Part shown: positions 39,121 to 49,544 of the stretch, in pieces
Layout: each line of letters opens with the position of its first letter
How positions within the stretch are numbered: the first letter of the stretch is position 1
Source: an uncultured bacterium
GTDB lineage: Bacteria; Omnitrophota; Omnitrophia; Omnitrophales; Aquincolibacteriaceae
DNA length: 64,000 nucleotides
Reading direction: 5' to 3'
Assembly: GCA_964562525.1 (NCBI GenBank)
Contig: CAZLTL010000001.1
Coordinates: 104,428-168,427 of the forward strand
Translations under genes and position numbers: made by a program
Notes under the pieces: generated by a model
Database searches by the model: none
Seen by the model: only the letters and a program-made list of their open reading frames with translations
What the model was told of the DNA's origin: nothing

Positions 39121-39432
39121 TTACTCCTGTCCTCGAGTTCCGGTAATCGCGCTTTTCAACACTTCCATCTTGGTGGTATCTGAATCACCGGTTTTAATCA
39201 CAACATAATCATTTTGAATGCTGGTCACAACGCCCAAAATTCCGCCGGCAGTCACAACCTTATCGCCTTTTTTCAAACCCTCCACCATCTTCGCGAGATC
39301 TTTGGAACGCTTTTGCTGGGGACGGATGATGAAAAAATAAAAAATAAAAAAAATGAGAACCATCGGCGCGAGCTGCACCAAAGGGTTGGCTTGAGTTGCG
39401 GCCTGCATGGGAACGAATGTCGAACTAAACAT
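39121..39432 (-). CDS. yajC: Preprotein translocase subunit YajC
   Basis: At 103 aa it has a single TM helix, LVQLAPMVLIFFIFYFFIIRPQQKR. The YajC motif GDKVVTAGGILGVV is present. Confidence 0.85.
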   Translation of the reverse strand: MFSSTFVPMQAATQANPLVQLAPMVLIFFIFYFFIIRPQQKRSKDLAKMVEGLKKGDKVVTAGGILGVVTSIQNDYVVIKTGDSDTTKMEVLKSAITGTRGQE

Positions 39433-39530
39433 ATAAGAACTCCTTCTTTACTAAAAACAAAAGATCAAAGACTGAAGACTATAGACCATAGACTTGTGCC
39501 ATGGCAAGCAAGTCCGTGTTCCGGGCTTAT

Positions 39531-40781
<1,251 letters not shown>

Positions 40782-40782
40782 C

Positions 40783-41865
40783 TTACTGGATGAACATTCC
40801 ATCGCCATAACTCGCGAATCTATAATCGGTATCTAAAGCCGTCTGATAAGCATCCATCGTCTTTTCATAGCCCATAAACGCGCTCACCAAAACCAGCAAT
40901 GAAGTTTTCGGAAAATGAAAATTTGTAATCAGCGCATCCACCACTTTAAATTCATAAGGGGGATAAATAAAAAGCCCGGTCGCACCCTGCCCCGACTCCA
41001 CAACGCCGTCACTATTGACCGCCGCTTCTAAAGTACGAACGCTGGTGGTTCCGCAAGCAATGACTCGCCGGCCTTCTTTTTTCGCTTTATTGATTGCCGC
41101 AGCCGCAGGATCAGAAATCGTAAAAGTTTCAACCGCCATTTGATGATCGCGGATACGCGGAGCCTGCATAATTTGAAAAGTTCCGTACCCGACATCCAGC
41201 GTCACTTCAACAATCTCAACACCTTTTTTCTTAATCGCTTCCAAAAGCTCCTTATCAAAATGCAAACCCGCCGTGGGCGCCGCAACCGAACCTGCTTTTT
41301 CGGCAAATACGGTTTGATACTGCTCGCGATCCGAAACCTCGTCGTCACGGTGAATATAAGGGGGTAAAGGCATATGTCCGGCTTTTTCAAGAAATGCCGG
41401 AAAATCCGAAGTTTCAAACTCAAGCAGGCGGCGACCGTCGTCTTTACGCGGATGGTCTACCGCTTTCACGGTAATAAAATGCGCGCCTTGACCAACTTCA
41501 AAGCATTCGCTTTTTTTAATTTTACCTGATGGTTTAACCAACGCTTCCCAAACAACGCTATCCGCTTTTTTCTCAACAAGTTTTAAAAGTAAAACTTCCG
41601 CTTTCGACCCGGTCATGCGATGCCCAAAAATACGCGCGGGAATAACGCGCGTATTATTCACAACGAGCACATCGCCGGCTTTTAAATACTCCGGCAAATC
41701 TTTGAAAATGCGATGATCAGCGGATTCATCTTTACGGTTTAAGACTAACATTTTCGCCGCCGACCGGTCCGGCAACGGATAAAGCGCGATGCGTTCCTTG
41801 GGAAGCGGGTAATCGAAGTCGCTTAAAAAACGTCCGGAAGATGAATGCGGTGCGGAAGAGCTCAT
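40783..41865 (-). CDS. queA: S-adenosylmethionine:tRNA ribosyltransferase-isomerase
   Basis: LSDFDYPLPKERIALYPL, VLVVNNTRVIPARIFG and PLPPYI are present. Confidence 0.9.
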   Translation of the reverse strand: MSSSAPHSSSGRFLSDFDYPLPKERIALYPLPDRSAAKMLVLNRKDESADHRIFKDLPEYLKAGDVLVVNNTRVIPARIFGHRMTGSKAEVLLLKLVEKKADSVVWEALVKPSGKIKKSECFEVGQGAHFITVKAVDHPRKDDGRRLLEFETSDFPAFLEKAGHMPLPPYIHRDDEVSDREQYQTVFAEKAGSVAAPTAGLHFDKELLEAIKKKGVEIVEVTLDVGYGTFQIMQAPRIRDHQMAVETFTISDPAAAAINKAKKEGRRVIACGTTSVRTLEAAVNSDGVVESGQGATGLFIYPPYEFKVVDALITNFHFPKTSLLVLVSAFMGYEKTMDAYQTALDTDYRFASYGDGMFIQ

Positions 41866-42539
41866 GCTATTTTTTCCCCTTTTAAAATTTCGGGAACAGG
41901 CTGAGTGTCAATCCGCATCCCCCCGTCATGTTCAATTTTTAATGTATAAATGGTGCCCGGTAAAAACAAAGTCCCGGGAGCTTCAATTTGCGCGTTCTTG
42001 ATTCCCGATTTCCCGCGAGTCTCGGCATCAAGCGCATAAAGCCAAAATTTCGACCAAAGGCTTTGCTCATAATCAGAAATTTTTTCGCCAATACGATAAC
42101 CTTCCGGCACACCCTGAGCCGGCGTCATTTCAAAAACCTGCGTGTCATCGGAATCAAGCACAAACGCTTTCAAAAAAAGATACGCGCTTTTGCCGCGAAA
42201 CTTGTCGCCTTTTTTAATCAAATCATCACTGAAGCGGATTACCAGCGATTGAAACTGAATCACATTCCCGCGGAAAGTAAAATATTTGGGCGCGAGCGGC
42301 TTGCTCTGCGCGTCATATTCTAAAAACTTGATCGTGGTCAAAACTTTACCGGTCGCTTCATCCAATTCACTCTTGGTCACAACCACTTCGGCGATACGGC
42401 TGTCCGCCGAAAGCCGCTCGATCATTGCTTTTAAAATTTTTTCGCGGTAAAGAAATTGCTGAATAGAAAAAGCCGCCGCGCCGATGACGCAGACAACCGC
42501 AATTAAACCCGCTTTTTTTGCGACGGAAGATAATTTCAT
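41862..42539 (-). CDS. Hypothetical membrane-anchored protein (~225 aa)
   Basis: It has an N-terminal TM, MKLSSVAKKAGLIAVVCVIGAAAF. No motif is recognised. It overlaps queA by 4 nt. The track ORF extends upstream across the tRNA-derived repeat, which is unlikely to be real. Confidence 0.45.
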   Translation of the reverse strand: MKLSSVAKKAGLIAVVCVIGAAAFSIQQFLYREKILKAMIERLSADSRIAEVVVTKSELDEATGKVLTTIKFLEYDAQSKPLAPKYFTFRGNVIQFQSLVIRFSDDLIKKGDKFRGKSAYLFLKAFVLDSDDTQVFEMTPAQGVPEGYRIGEKISDYEQSLWSKFWLYALDAETRGKSGIKNAQIEAPGTLFLPGTIYTLKIEHDGGMRIDTQPVPEILKGEKIA

Positions 42540-42611
42540 ATTCACTTTCGGAAAAATCTCCTCAAAAGAGCTTGGATAGCGGTTGTGCTTTGCACAGAGC
42601 CAAAACAAAAC

Positions 42612-42629
42612 TGTGCCCGGGTGGATTTG
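42612..42629. repeat. 18-nt direct copy of the 3' end of the tRNA-Arg gene (att-like scar)
   Basis: TGTGCCCGGGTGGATTTG at 42612-42629 is identical to 42823-42840. The latter covers the T-arm 3' half, acceptor 3' strand and discriminator of the tRNA. Confidence 0.5.
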
Positions 42630-42781
42630 GCGCTCTGCGCTCGTGTACGCTAGTCGCGTCACTTGCTACGAGTCGGCCACTCGCCACGCCTCGACTTCTT
42701 TCGCATAAGCCATGACATTAAGTCATGCCTTTGCTCAATCAGCCTTACAAATTGCGCGGCTCACTTCAAATCCACTTCTTA

Positions 42782-42813
42782 ACCAATGTTTAAAAAGGAG
42801 CGTAGCTGCTCCT
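42782..42813 (-). terminator. Hairpin terminator immediately 3' of tRNA-Arg (bidirectional form)
   Basis: The sequence is TTTAAAAAGGAGC-GTAGCT-GCTCCTTTTTAAA. It has a 10-bp stem with an A-run and a T-run. Confidence 0.6.
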
Positions 42814-42824
42814 TTTTAAACATG

Positions 42825-42896
42825 TGCCCGGGTGGATTTGAACCACCAACCCCTGCCTTCGGAGGGCAGTACTCTATCCAGTTGAGCTACGGGCAC
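42825..42896 (-). tRNA. tRNA-Arg (anticodon CCG)
   Basis: The minus strand reads GTGCCCG-TA-GCTC-AACTGGATA-GAGT-A-CTGCC-CTCCGAA-GGCAG-GGGTT-GGTGG-TTCAAAT-CCACC-CGGGCAC-A. The cloverleaf is complete. CCA is not encoded. Confidence 0.9.
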
Positions 42897-43070
42897 GAAA
42901 CTTAACTACTCTGACTCTTGAGCAACACTATTTACCAGTTGTCCCTCAAAGCTCCGCTTTGTGAGGGATATGTCCTGTTCGCTTCGCTCTCAGGCAAAGC
43001 TACGGGCACAAAATATAATTAAAACCGGCCCAAGTCCTTAGCATCGCCAAAGGACGGGCACTTAAAAAAA

Positions 43071-44276
43071 CTAATTATAAATCTGTTCGATACTTGAACC
43101 AGGGTAAAAGTAACTCAAAATTTGCTGCGCAGTATACCCCAATTCGCCCATATATTTCGCCCCATATTGATCTAAACCAACGCCGTGGCCCCAGCCCCGC
43201 CCCCAGAAAGTCACGCCTTGTTTAGCGGGTTGATTGAGGTAACGCGTAATTAAAGTGCTCTTAAGTTTCTGCGCGCCGATCCAAACTCGAAACTCATTAA
43301 AACTCGGTTTGAATTTCCCATTCCGCCCAATCACTTCCATTTCGCGCGGACGCCCCGAGCGGTCATAACTTTTGAGTTTAATCTCACTCACGGCGCGCAC
43401 ACCCAATCCGCCGTCTTCTCGTACGACTTTTTCAATGTCGGCATACTTGATAAACACGGACCAAGTATCATGCTTTGACGACTGGCAGAATTCACATTTT
43501 ACGCCCTGAAGCGCGGGATGATACTTCACCGGCCAAACATCATTCGCGCTGGTGGTCGCGCCGCCGGATGCGGAATGAAAATAGGCCGGAAAAATTTCCC
43601 CCTGATAAAGTAAAACCACGCCGCGGGTCCGGTCAATAATTTCATCCGTGCGGTCATGACGAACATTTTCTCCGGCATACACCTGGCTGAGCGCTCCGCT
43701 GCCGACGTCAAAATCCTGATTTCTTTTTTCAATCATTTTGAACAAGGCAAAGGTCCTTGAAACAATCGCGGAAGCCTCCAGCGTCGCGTCCGTCCATTTG
43801 GGGTTGGCTTCAAACGGAATGACGCCTTTGAGATAATGCTCAAGATCAATGTGGTTAATGATTAAAAGTTGATTGCCGGCTTTTCTTTTAATTTCTAATC
43901 CGTTTTTATAAACGCGCTTATCAAATCTGACGCCGGGGCCGTTGACGCTCCGTACGAAAATTGAAGTTGTCTTAAACACTTTGCTCCCGAACTGAATTCC
44001 GGAAGCGGTCGCACGAATCGTGGTTGGAGCGAGATTCGCGCCTTGAACGAGCCCGCCCAAGCCCTGCCCATCAACTTGAAAGGGGCCCACGGAAGAAACT
44101 TGAAAAGGCTTTTCGGTGCCGCCCACTTGGACACGAATCGTGTGATAAGCGCTAATGTCCGGAGGAAGAACATACGAAGTCTCAAGCAGTTTGCGACTTG
44201 AGCTCCAGCCCAAGAAAAGAAAACTTGCCGCAAAAAAAACAATAAGCGCCCGTTTTTTATTTAGAAAGGAAATCAT
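43071..44276 (-). CDS. SpoIID/LytB-domain protein (amidase enhancer family)
   Basis: It has a signal/TM N-terminus. The signature segments HSASGGATTSANDVW and GRGWGHGVGLDQYGA are present. Confidence 0.85.
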   Translation of the reverse strand: MISFLNKKRALIVFFAASFLFLGWSSSRKLLETSYVLPPDISAYHTIRVQVGGTEKPFQVSSVGPFQVDGQGLGGLVQGANLAPTTIRATASGIQFGSKVFKTTSIFVRSVNGPGVRFDKRVYKNGLEIKRKAGNQLLIINHIDLEHYLKGVIPFEANPKWTDATLEASAIVSRTFALFKMIEKRNQDFDVGSGALSQVYAGENVRHDRTDEIIDRTRGVVLLYQGEIFPAYFHSASGGATTSANDVWPVKYHPALQGVKCEFCQSSKHDTWSVFIKYADIEKVVREDGGLGVRAVSEIKLKSYDRSGRPREMEVIGRNGKFKPSFNEFRVWIGAQKLKSTLITRYLNQPAKQGVTFWGRGWGHGVGLDQYGAKYMGELGYTAQQILSYFYPGSSIEQIYN

Positions 44277-44340
44277 AGACGGGCATTCTACAGGGGAAAG
44301 GCCCGAGATTCACCTGCAACTTATCAGCCGAGCGGGAACG

Positions 44341-44886
44341 CTAAGAAGCGAGGCTAACGGAAAGAGGCTGATGATGAAGTTCGATGACTTTTTTTGTATC
44401 CGCGATGGAGCAACGGTGAATCGGATAAGCGCATACCGCAATCAAGGGAATGGATTCAATCATCGAATGCAAACGCGCTTCATATTCCCAAAGCTGCATC
44501 CAATCGTCATCCGGAATAGCTGCGACATCGCCGATTCCGCGCACACACGAAAAATCTCTTTGAAAAGCGGACTGCAAAAAGGTCTTCGCATTTTCCAGAG
44601 ATTGATCCATGTCAAAGCACCCGCGTTTCATATACCAATTCTGAGCTGATTTAATTTGGAGCTGATGCGAGAGCAAATACCCCGTGGCATCCGGATAAAC
44701 ACTCAAAAATTCCTTTTCGGCTCTTTCAATCCCCATGTTGTCATTCACAAGCCACAAACAAGCATTGCCTTTCTTAAGCCCGGCATACAAAAAAGAAAGG
44801 GAGATTTGGAGATAGTCCTCTTGAGTCTTGTAGAATTGATAGTAATGCCCCCCGACCTTGATGCGGTGCATGGAATCAAAATCCAT
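44341..44886 (-). CDS. MEDS-domain (DcmR-like sensory domain) protein, tentative
   Basis: GGHYYQFYKTQEDYLQISLSFLYAGLKKGNACLWLV is present. The His...QFY plus downstream Cys pattern is typical of MEDS. AAGGAG sits 5 nt before the ATG at 44886. Confidence 0.4.
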   Translation of the reverse strand: MDFDSMHRIKVGGHYYQFYKTQEDYLQISLSFLYAGLKKGNACLWLVNDNMGIERAEKEFLSVYPDATGYLLSHQLQIKSAQNWYMKRGCFDMDQSLENAKTFLQSAFQRDFSCVRGIGDVAAIPDDDWMQLWEYEARLHSMIESIPLIAVCAYPIHRCSIADTKKVIELHHQPLSVSLAS

Positions 44887-44991
44887 AGCGCTCCTTAGGT
44901 TTACTGAAAAACGATAAAACATGAGAATCAGCCTCAAATGCAGGATAAAAAAAGCGTACTGAGTGTCTGAAGAAATTACAAGGGCATGTGC

Positions 44992-45023
44992 AAAAAAAGA
45001 AGGCCAAAACAGCCTTCTTTTTT
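44992..45023. terminator. Bidirectional hairpin terminator downstream of the lipoprotein gene
   Basis: The sequence is AAAAAAAGAAGGC-CAAAACA-GCCTTCTTTTTT. Confidence 0.55.
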
Positions 45024-45093
45024 ATTAAAAATAGCAATCGAACTCTTTGGCGATCTTTTACTATCTTAAAACCAAATTTTAAACGCTAAAACC

Positions 45094-45609
45094 TTATTCG
45101 GTGTAAGAACCTAAATGGGTCTTAAGGAGATTCCAAGTGGTTTTTCCAACAATACCATCCGGAGTAAGTCCATTTTCACGCTGAAAATTACGCACAGCTT
45201 CGCGCGTGTCAGGTCCGATTTTTCCATCCACTTCACCTTGGTAAAAACCCGCGCCCTTTAAGGCTTTTTGAATGCTCGCGGCAGGAATTTCAAATCCGGA
45301 CGGAGTGCGGTAAATACCGGAAAAAGGCTCCGAAGAAACCGCCGCATAAGAACTATTTGTTTGAGGCGCAGATGCCGGCCCACCGCCACCTAAGCGGCCT
45401 TGCAGTTCAGCGACGCGTGCTTGCTCTTGTTGAAGCTGTGCGCGGGTTTCCTGCAATGCCATATCTAAACGTGTGACTTCATCCGCTAAAACACCCATTT
45501 GCGCGTTCATCGCATCATTGCTGTTAACACGCCCGGATGAAGCGCAGCCGCTTAACAAAAGAAGCCCGGCAAAAAGTGAAAGAAATGAAATGGAAAATAA
45601 TTTTTTCAT
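45094..45609 (-). CDS. Lipoprotein with coiled-coil and C-terminal peptidoglycan-binding (PG_binding_1-like) domain
   Basis: It has a lipobox, LLLSGC. The C-terminus reads LKGAGFYQGEVDGKIGPDTREAVRNFQRENGLTPDGIVGKTTWNLL. Confidence 0.7.
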   Translation of the reverse strand: MKKLFSISFLSLFAGLLLLSGCASSGRVNSNDAMNAQMGVLADEVTRLDMALQETRAQLQQEQARVAELQGRLGGGGPASAPQTNSSYAAVSSEPFSGIYRTPSGFEIPAASIQKALKGAGFYQGEVDGKIGPDTREAVRNFQRENGLTPDGIVGKTTWNLLKTHLGSYTE

Positions 45610-45672
45610 AGTAGGCGAATCTCCGCTGATTCAATAATTGCAAAACGAGCGTTAGTGTAGCAAATCAATTTT

Positions 45673-46113
45673 TCAAATGCAATCAAAGCTCAGCAGTAAT
45701 GCCGCGATTCCGGCGCGTACCGTCCAGAGGACGGTTCGAATCCAATTACCCGCAACTAAACGCAGAACCATCTCAGCGGAATACCTTTCCCTTAGTTTCT
45801 GATGCTGCATAGCCTGAACAAAGGCGGTTGAAAGCCAAATCAATATTAAAACTGCCAAGCCGGCCGCGGTCCAGGGTTGAAGCTGCGGACGAATCTCGGT
45901 AAAAAACAAATAAATGGCGAGCCCCAATTCAACCGGCATAACCAGAAAAACAATTCTCCCAATCCTTTTGACATAATCTGCGTGAAAAGCCGGAAAGTCC
46001 GAACTGCTTACCTTCGTAAAAAGCGGGTATTGGATACATTGGATAACCCAAATCAACCCGGTCATAAACCAAGTTGCCGCCGCGTGCGAGATGATAAAAA
46101 CAGATTGATCCAT
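45673..46113 (-). CDS. Hypothetical integral membrane protein (4 TM, 146 aa)
   Basis: Four hydrophobic helices are present. There are no motifs. Confidence 0.45.
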   Translation of the reverse strand: MDQSVFIISHAAATWFMTGLIWVIQCIQYPLFTKVSSSDFPAFHADYVKRIGRIVFLVMPVELGLAIYLFFTEIRPQLQPWTAAGLAVLILIWLSTAFVQAMQHQKLRERYSAEMVLRLVAGNWIRTVLWTVRAGIAALLLSFDCI

Positions 46114-46157
46114 AGATATAAAATGAAATTTGAGCTTTTATTGAATAAAGCATTATA

Positions 46158-46892
46158 ATGCCGCTCATGAAATTACATCCCATTTTTCTGGCCCTCAGCG
46201 CCGTACTCACGCTGACTTCTTGCGAGTATGTTTCACCCTTGATCCAAGACGCGAACATTATTTCCGTTGCCGATGAAGTTCAAGCCGGACAGCAAATGCA
46301 AGCCGAAGTCGCGAAGACAATGAAGATTATTGAGGATCCGGCTCTGACCACGCCTGTGCGCACAATCGGCAACCGCTTAGTCAGCACGCTTCCCAGCAAA
46401 GACTTTAACTATCAATTTTTTGTGGTCGCGGATAATTCGCCGAACGCCTTCACGATTCCCGGCGGCTCGATTTATGTTCATACCGGTTTGATGCAATTTG
46501 TGGATGACGAGCATGAGCTTGCGGGAGTTCTCGCACATGAAATCGGCCACGCCTACGAGCGCCATCCCGCGAAATCCATGACGCGCCAAATCGGATTAGC
46601 TCAACTCGCAAACCGTATCAGCGCCAATTCAGGAATTATCAAGCAAATGGCGCTGAAAGTGGCAGGAACAGGTGCGCTCAACTATTACAGCCGTTCCGAT
46701 GAAACAGAATCTGACCGCATTGGATTTGAGCTTTTACGCCGCGCAGGATATCGGCAGGACGGACTCACGCGCTTTCTTCAGAAATTAACGCAGCTTCAAA
46801 ACGGCAGCAAAACTCCCACATTTCTAAGCTCTCACCCACCCACACCCGAACGCGTCGCCGCGCTTCAAACACTTCAGCAGCAGCAACGCTGA
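46158..46892 (+). CDS. M48-family zinc metallopeptidase lipoprotein
   Basis: It has a lipobox, LTLTSC. The zinc site is HEIGH. It is collinear with BepA/YcaL-like peptidases (SPNAFTIPGGSIYVHTGL). Confidence 0.8.
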   Translation: MPLMKLHPIFLALSAVLTLTSCEYVSPLIQDANIISVADEVQAGQQMQAEVAKTMKIIEDPALTTPVRTIGNRLVSTLPSKDFNYQFFVVADNSPNAFTIPGGSIYVHTGLMQFVDDEHELAGVLAHEIGHAYERHPAKSMTRQIGLAQLANRISANSGIIKQMALKVAGTGALNYYSRSDETESDRIGFELLRRAGYRQDGLTRFLQKLTQLQNGSKTPTFLSSHPPTPERVAALQTLQQQQR

Positions 46893-46928
46893 ATCGCAAG
46901 CAAACTTAGAAATCACAAATCAAAGCTC

Positions 46929-47000
46929 AGAACCATAACTCAAAGCCTTCCAGATGTTCGAAAACCTTTGAGCTTTGATCTGTGTTTTTGAAATCTGATT
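46929..47000 (+). terminator. Nested hairpin terminator after the M48 peptidase gene
   Basis: ATCAAAGCTCAG...CTCAAAG...CTTTGAGCTTTGAT is followed by TGTGTTTTTG. Confidence 0.5.
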
Positions 47001-47018
47001 TTTGAGTTTTGAGTTAAC

Positions 47019-47885
47019 TCAAATGGAGTGGATGGCGCGGATGAAGGGGATGATCACGTTATACATAAACGGATCATGAAAAAGCAATCTCACCGGCAGA
47101 ATTAAAAACGCGAACGCATAAATTTTTCCGGCAAGCTTCCGCTTCAAATAGCGCCTTCCCCATTTGGTTTTCTCCATGCGCATGCCGAACCATTGAATCA
47201 TGAAATAAAGCATCGGATGTCCCCATCCGCCCTGCGCCGGTAAAGAAAAAATCAGCTCATGAAAAAGGCCTGACATAAAAAAGACAAGCCACGCGGCTAA
47301 ATGCGGGCCATGGCTGATGCTGACGGTTTTAAAAAAGAAATCATGCATGAGCTGACGGAAAGCCATGTTCCAGCGCTTACCCCAAAAATCGGAAAGCGAT
47401 GTCAGCAAAAAAGGTTCGTGCATAAACGGCGCGGCATGCACGCCGGCATAGCGTAAAATCAACGAACTCCATTGAAACAAAGTGAAATAAAGCAGGTAAA
47501 AAACTCCCGCCACCGCGAACCATGCCTGAGCATAATTGCTGACGGGAAAAATGCGCGGGATACCCCAGATTAAAAAAACACCCGTAAACGCGCAGCCCAC
47601 AACCCATAATCCAAAACCCGGCTCGGGCTTATCCAGTTTAATTTCGGGATTTAAAAACTTTTTCGCGTCCATACCAAACCAGCAGAAAGTGTATAAAAAA
47701 ACACGCGTCCAGGAAATTGTTTCAGGTGTGCGGATTTTTTGCTGGTAGAACGTAATCCACTTAAATCCGAAAAAGCAGAGAAAAAGCAGCAGCCACATTT
47801 GGACCCAGGCAGCAAGCACAGGCCACGCCGCGACGAGCGTAATCAAAATCGTTAAGAATGGAAGAAAAGCAAAAATAATCTGCAT
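47019..47885 (-). CDS. MBOAT_2-like polytopic membrane protein (putative O-acyltransferase)
   Basis: It has multiple TM helices. The FWGKRWN motif (FW.RWH type) and a conserved His (GLFHE) are present. Confidence 0.45.
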   Translation of the reverse strand: MQIIFAFLPFLTILITLVAAWPVLAAWVQMWLLLFLCFFGFKWITFYQQKIRTPETISWTRVFLYTFCWFGMDAKKFLNPEIKLDKPEPGFGLWVVGCAFTGVFLIWGIPRIFPVSNYAQAWFAVAGVFYLLYFTLFQWSSLILRYAGVHAAPFMHEPFLLTSLSDFWGKRWNMAFRQLMHDFFFKTVSISHGPHLAAWLVFFMSGLFHELIFSLPAQGGWGHPMLYFMIQWFGMRMEKTKWGRRYLKRKLAGKIYAFAFLILPVRLLFHDPFMYNVIIPFIRAIHSI

Positions 47886-47947
47886 AAGGCTTAAGTTACC
47901 TTATGTCTCGACCAAAACCAAGCCGACATTGAGAAGAAAAATTTTAT

Positions 47948-48811
47948 CTAGTTAACGGAAACAGGATCAACAGGCACCGCAACAGGCTCTTCCATTTTGG
48001 GCGGCTGCGGAGGAATCTCGCCAACCTTAGTCGCGAAAAGCATGTATTCGGTATGTCCGATCATACGCATTTCGGGACGTGATTTTCCGGCACGCGCGAG
48101 AATTTTCCGCTCAAGCAATTCCACCGCTTCAACATTAATGAAGCCATGATCGCGCAGCGTTTCCGCCATGCGTTCCACCTGATTGATCGTGGGATTAAGC
48201 GAACACAACCGGCCGCCGGCTTTGAGCGCCTTCTTCACCAACTCCACTTCTTCCCAGGGCGTCGGAATATCCAAAATCACGCTGTCAAAAGCGTTCTCAG
48301 GAAACGGATCGCCTTTTTGCCGATGATTAAACTCAACCACCGACTGCAAATCTGAACGTTCAATATTCCGCACCGCATTGGCCGGCAAATCAGTCCGCAG
48401 ATCATACGTGCAAACTTTTCCTGTCGGCGCGACTTGATGCGCAAGAAAAAGCGTCAGCGCGCCGGAACCTGTGCCGATTTCCAAAATTCTTTTGCCGGAA
48501 TGAATCGAAAGCTTGATCGCGAGCAAAGCCGCGTCTTTTGAGTAAACAACGCCGCTTTCACGCGAAGCTTTAAACATAAGATCTTCCGTCGAAGGTTTCA
48601 GAAAAAAACCTTTGAGACTGGTACCTTCAACATAAGATCCGAACTCTTTTCCGATAATATCGTCATGCAGTAAAGGGCGTCCGCAATGAATCGGATGCTT
48701 CTTTCCGCGCGCGATTTTCAAAAGATAAGTCTTCTCATCTTCAAACCAAAGAAGAACCAAATCCCCTTCTTTAATGGCATTGCCGGAAATCACTTCGGTA
48801 TTTGACATCAT
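47948..48811 (-). CDS. trmI: tRNA (adenine58-N1)-methyltransferase TrmI/Gcd14 family
   Basis: It has the SAM motif ILEIGTGSGALT. The fold is collinear with TrmI. Confidence 0.75.
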   Translation of the reverse strand: MMSNTEVISGNAIKEGDLVLLWFEDEKTYLLKIARGKKHPIHCGRPLLHDDIIGKEFGSYVEGTSLKGFFLKPSTEDLMFKASRESGVVYSKDAALLAIKLSIHSGKRILEIGTGSGALTLFLAHQVAPTGKVCTYDLRTDLPANAVRNIERSDLQSVVEFNHRQKGDPFPENAFDSVILDIPTPWEEVELVKKALKAGGRLCSLNPTINQVERMAETLRDHGFINVEAVELLERKILARAGKSRPEMRMIGHTEYMLFATKVGEIPPQPPKMEEPVAVPVDPVSVN

Positions 48812-48890
48812 TCACCCAATCTTAATCTGTTAAAAATGAAACCAAGGGAGCGGATTCTAGACTTTTTCGCGGAATTTCGCCAGATTTTAT

Positions 48891-49544
48891 CTACCACGCT
48901 TTTTCACGCGCCAAAGCCAACAAAGCCGGAAAATCATCGCAAATATACTCCGAGCCCAAACTGTCCAAGCTCACCTTACTGGCAAAACCATGTCGCAAAA
49001 GCACAGTATCAACACCGGCATTTTTTCCGGTCTGCGCGTCAATTTGGCTGTCGCCGATCCAAAGCACTTCTCGAGGCTGAATGCCTTTTTCACTCATCAC
49101 TTTGAGTAAAGCGGCCGGATCGGGCTTGCGCGGAATCCCCTTTTCGCCCGTATAAACACCGCTTAAATACGGCATCACTTTCAATGCAGTCAAAATTTTT
49201 GTGGTAAAAGGTTCAGGTTTATTGGTCACCACAATCTGAACACGGTTTTTAAAATATTCCAAGACCTGATCCGCGGCGGGATAAAGCCGGGTGTAATCCA
49301 ATAAATGCTCTTTGTAATACTTTCTCAAAAAACTAGCGCCGTGCTCTACCGTTTTGGGATCATCCTCACCCAGGCACATCGCCACTAAATGATTCAACCC
49401 TTCGCCGACAAAGCGCTCAATCTGAATATCTTCCAGGCGCGGCTTTTTCATTTCTGACAGCATATACTGCACACCGCAAACGATATCACGCCGTGTATCC
49501 GCTAGAGTCCCATCTAAATCATACGCGATTAATTTTTTAAGCAT
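48891..49544 (-). CDS. HAD-superfamily hydrolase (phosphoglycolate-phosphatase-like)
   Basis: Motif I is AYDLDGTL. Motif III is the K context and motif IV is WIGDSQID. It overlaps the helicase gene by 8 nt. Confidence 0.75.
   Translation of the reverse strand: MLKKLIAYDLDGTLADTRRDIVCGVQYMLSEMKKPRLEDIQIERFVGEGLNHLVAMCLGEDDPKTVEHGASFLRKYYKEHLLDYTRLYPAADQVLEYFKNRVQIVVTNKPEPFTTKILTALKVMPYLSGVYTGEKGIPRKPDPAALLKVMSEKGIQPREVLWIGDSQIDAQTGKNAGVDTVLLRHGFASKVSLDSLGSEYICDDFPALLALAREKAW

Noticed and set aside
42518-42715. 65-aa ORF next to tRNA-Arg
   Set aside because: It spans the tRNA-derived direct repeat and terminator region. The translation is Ser/Leu-rich and low-complexity.
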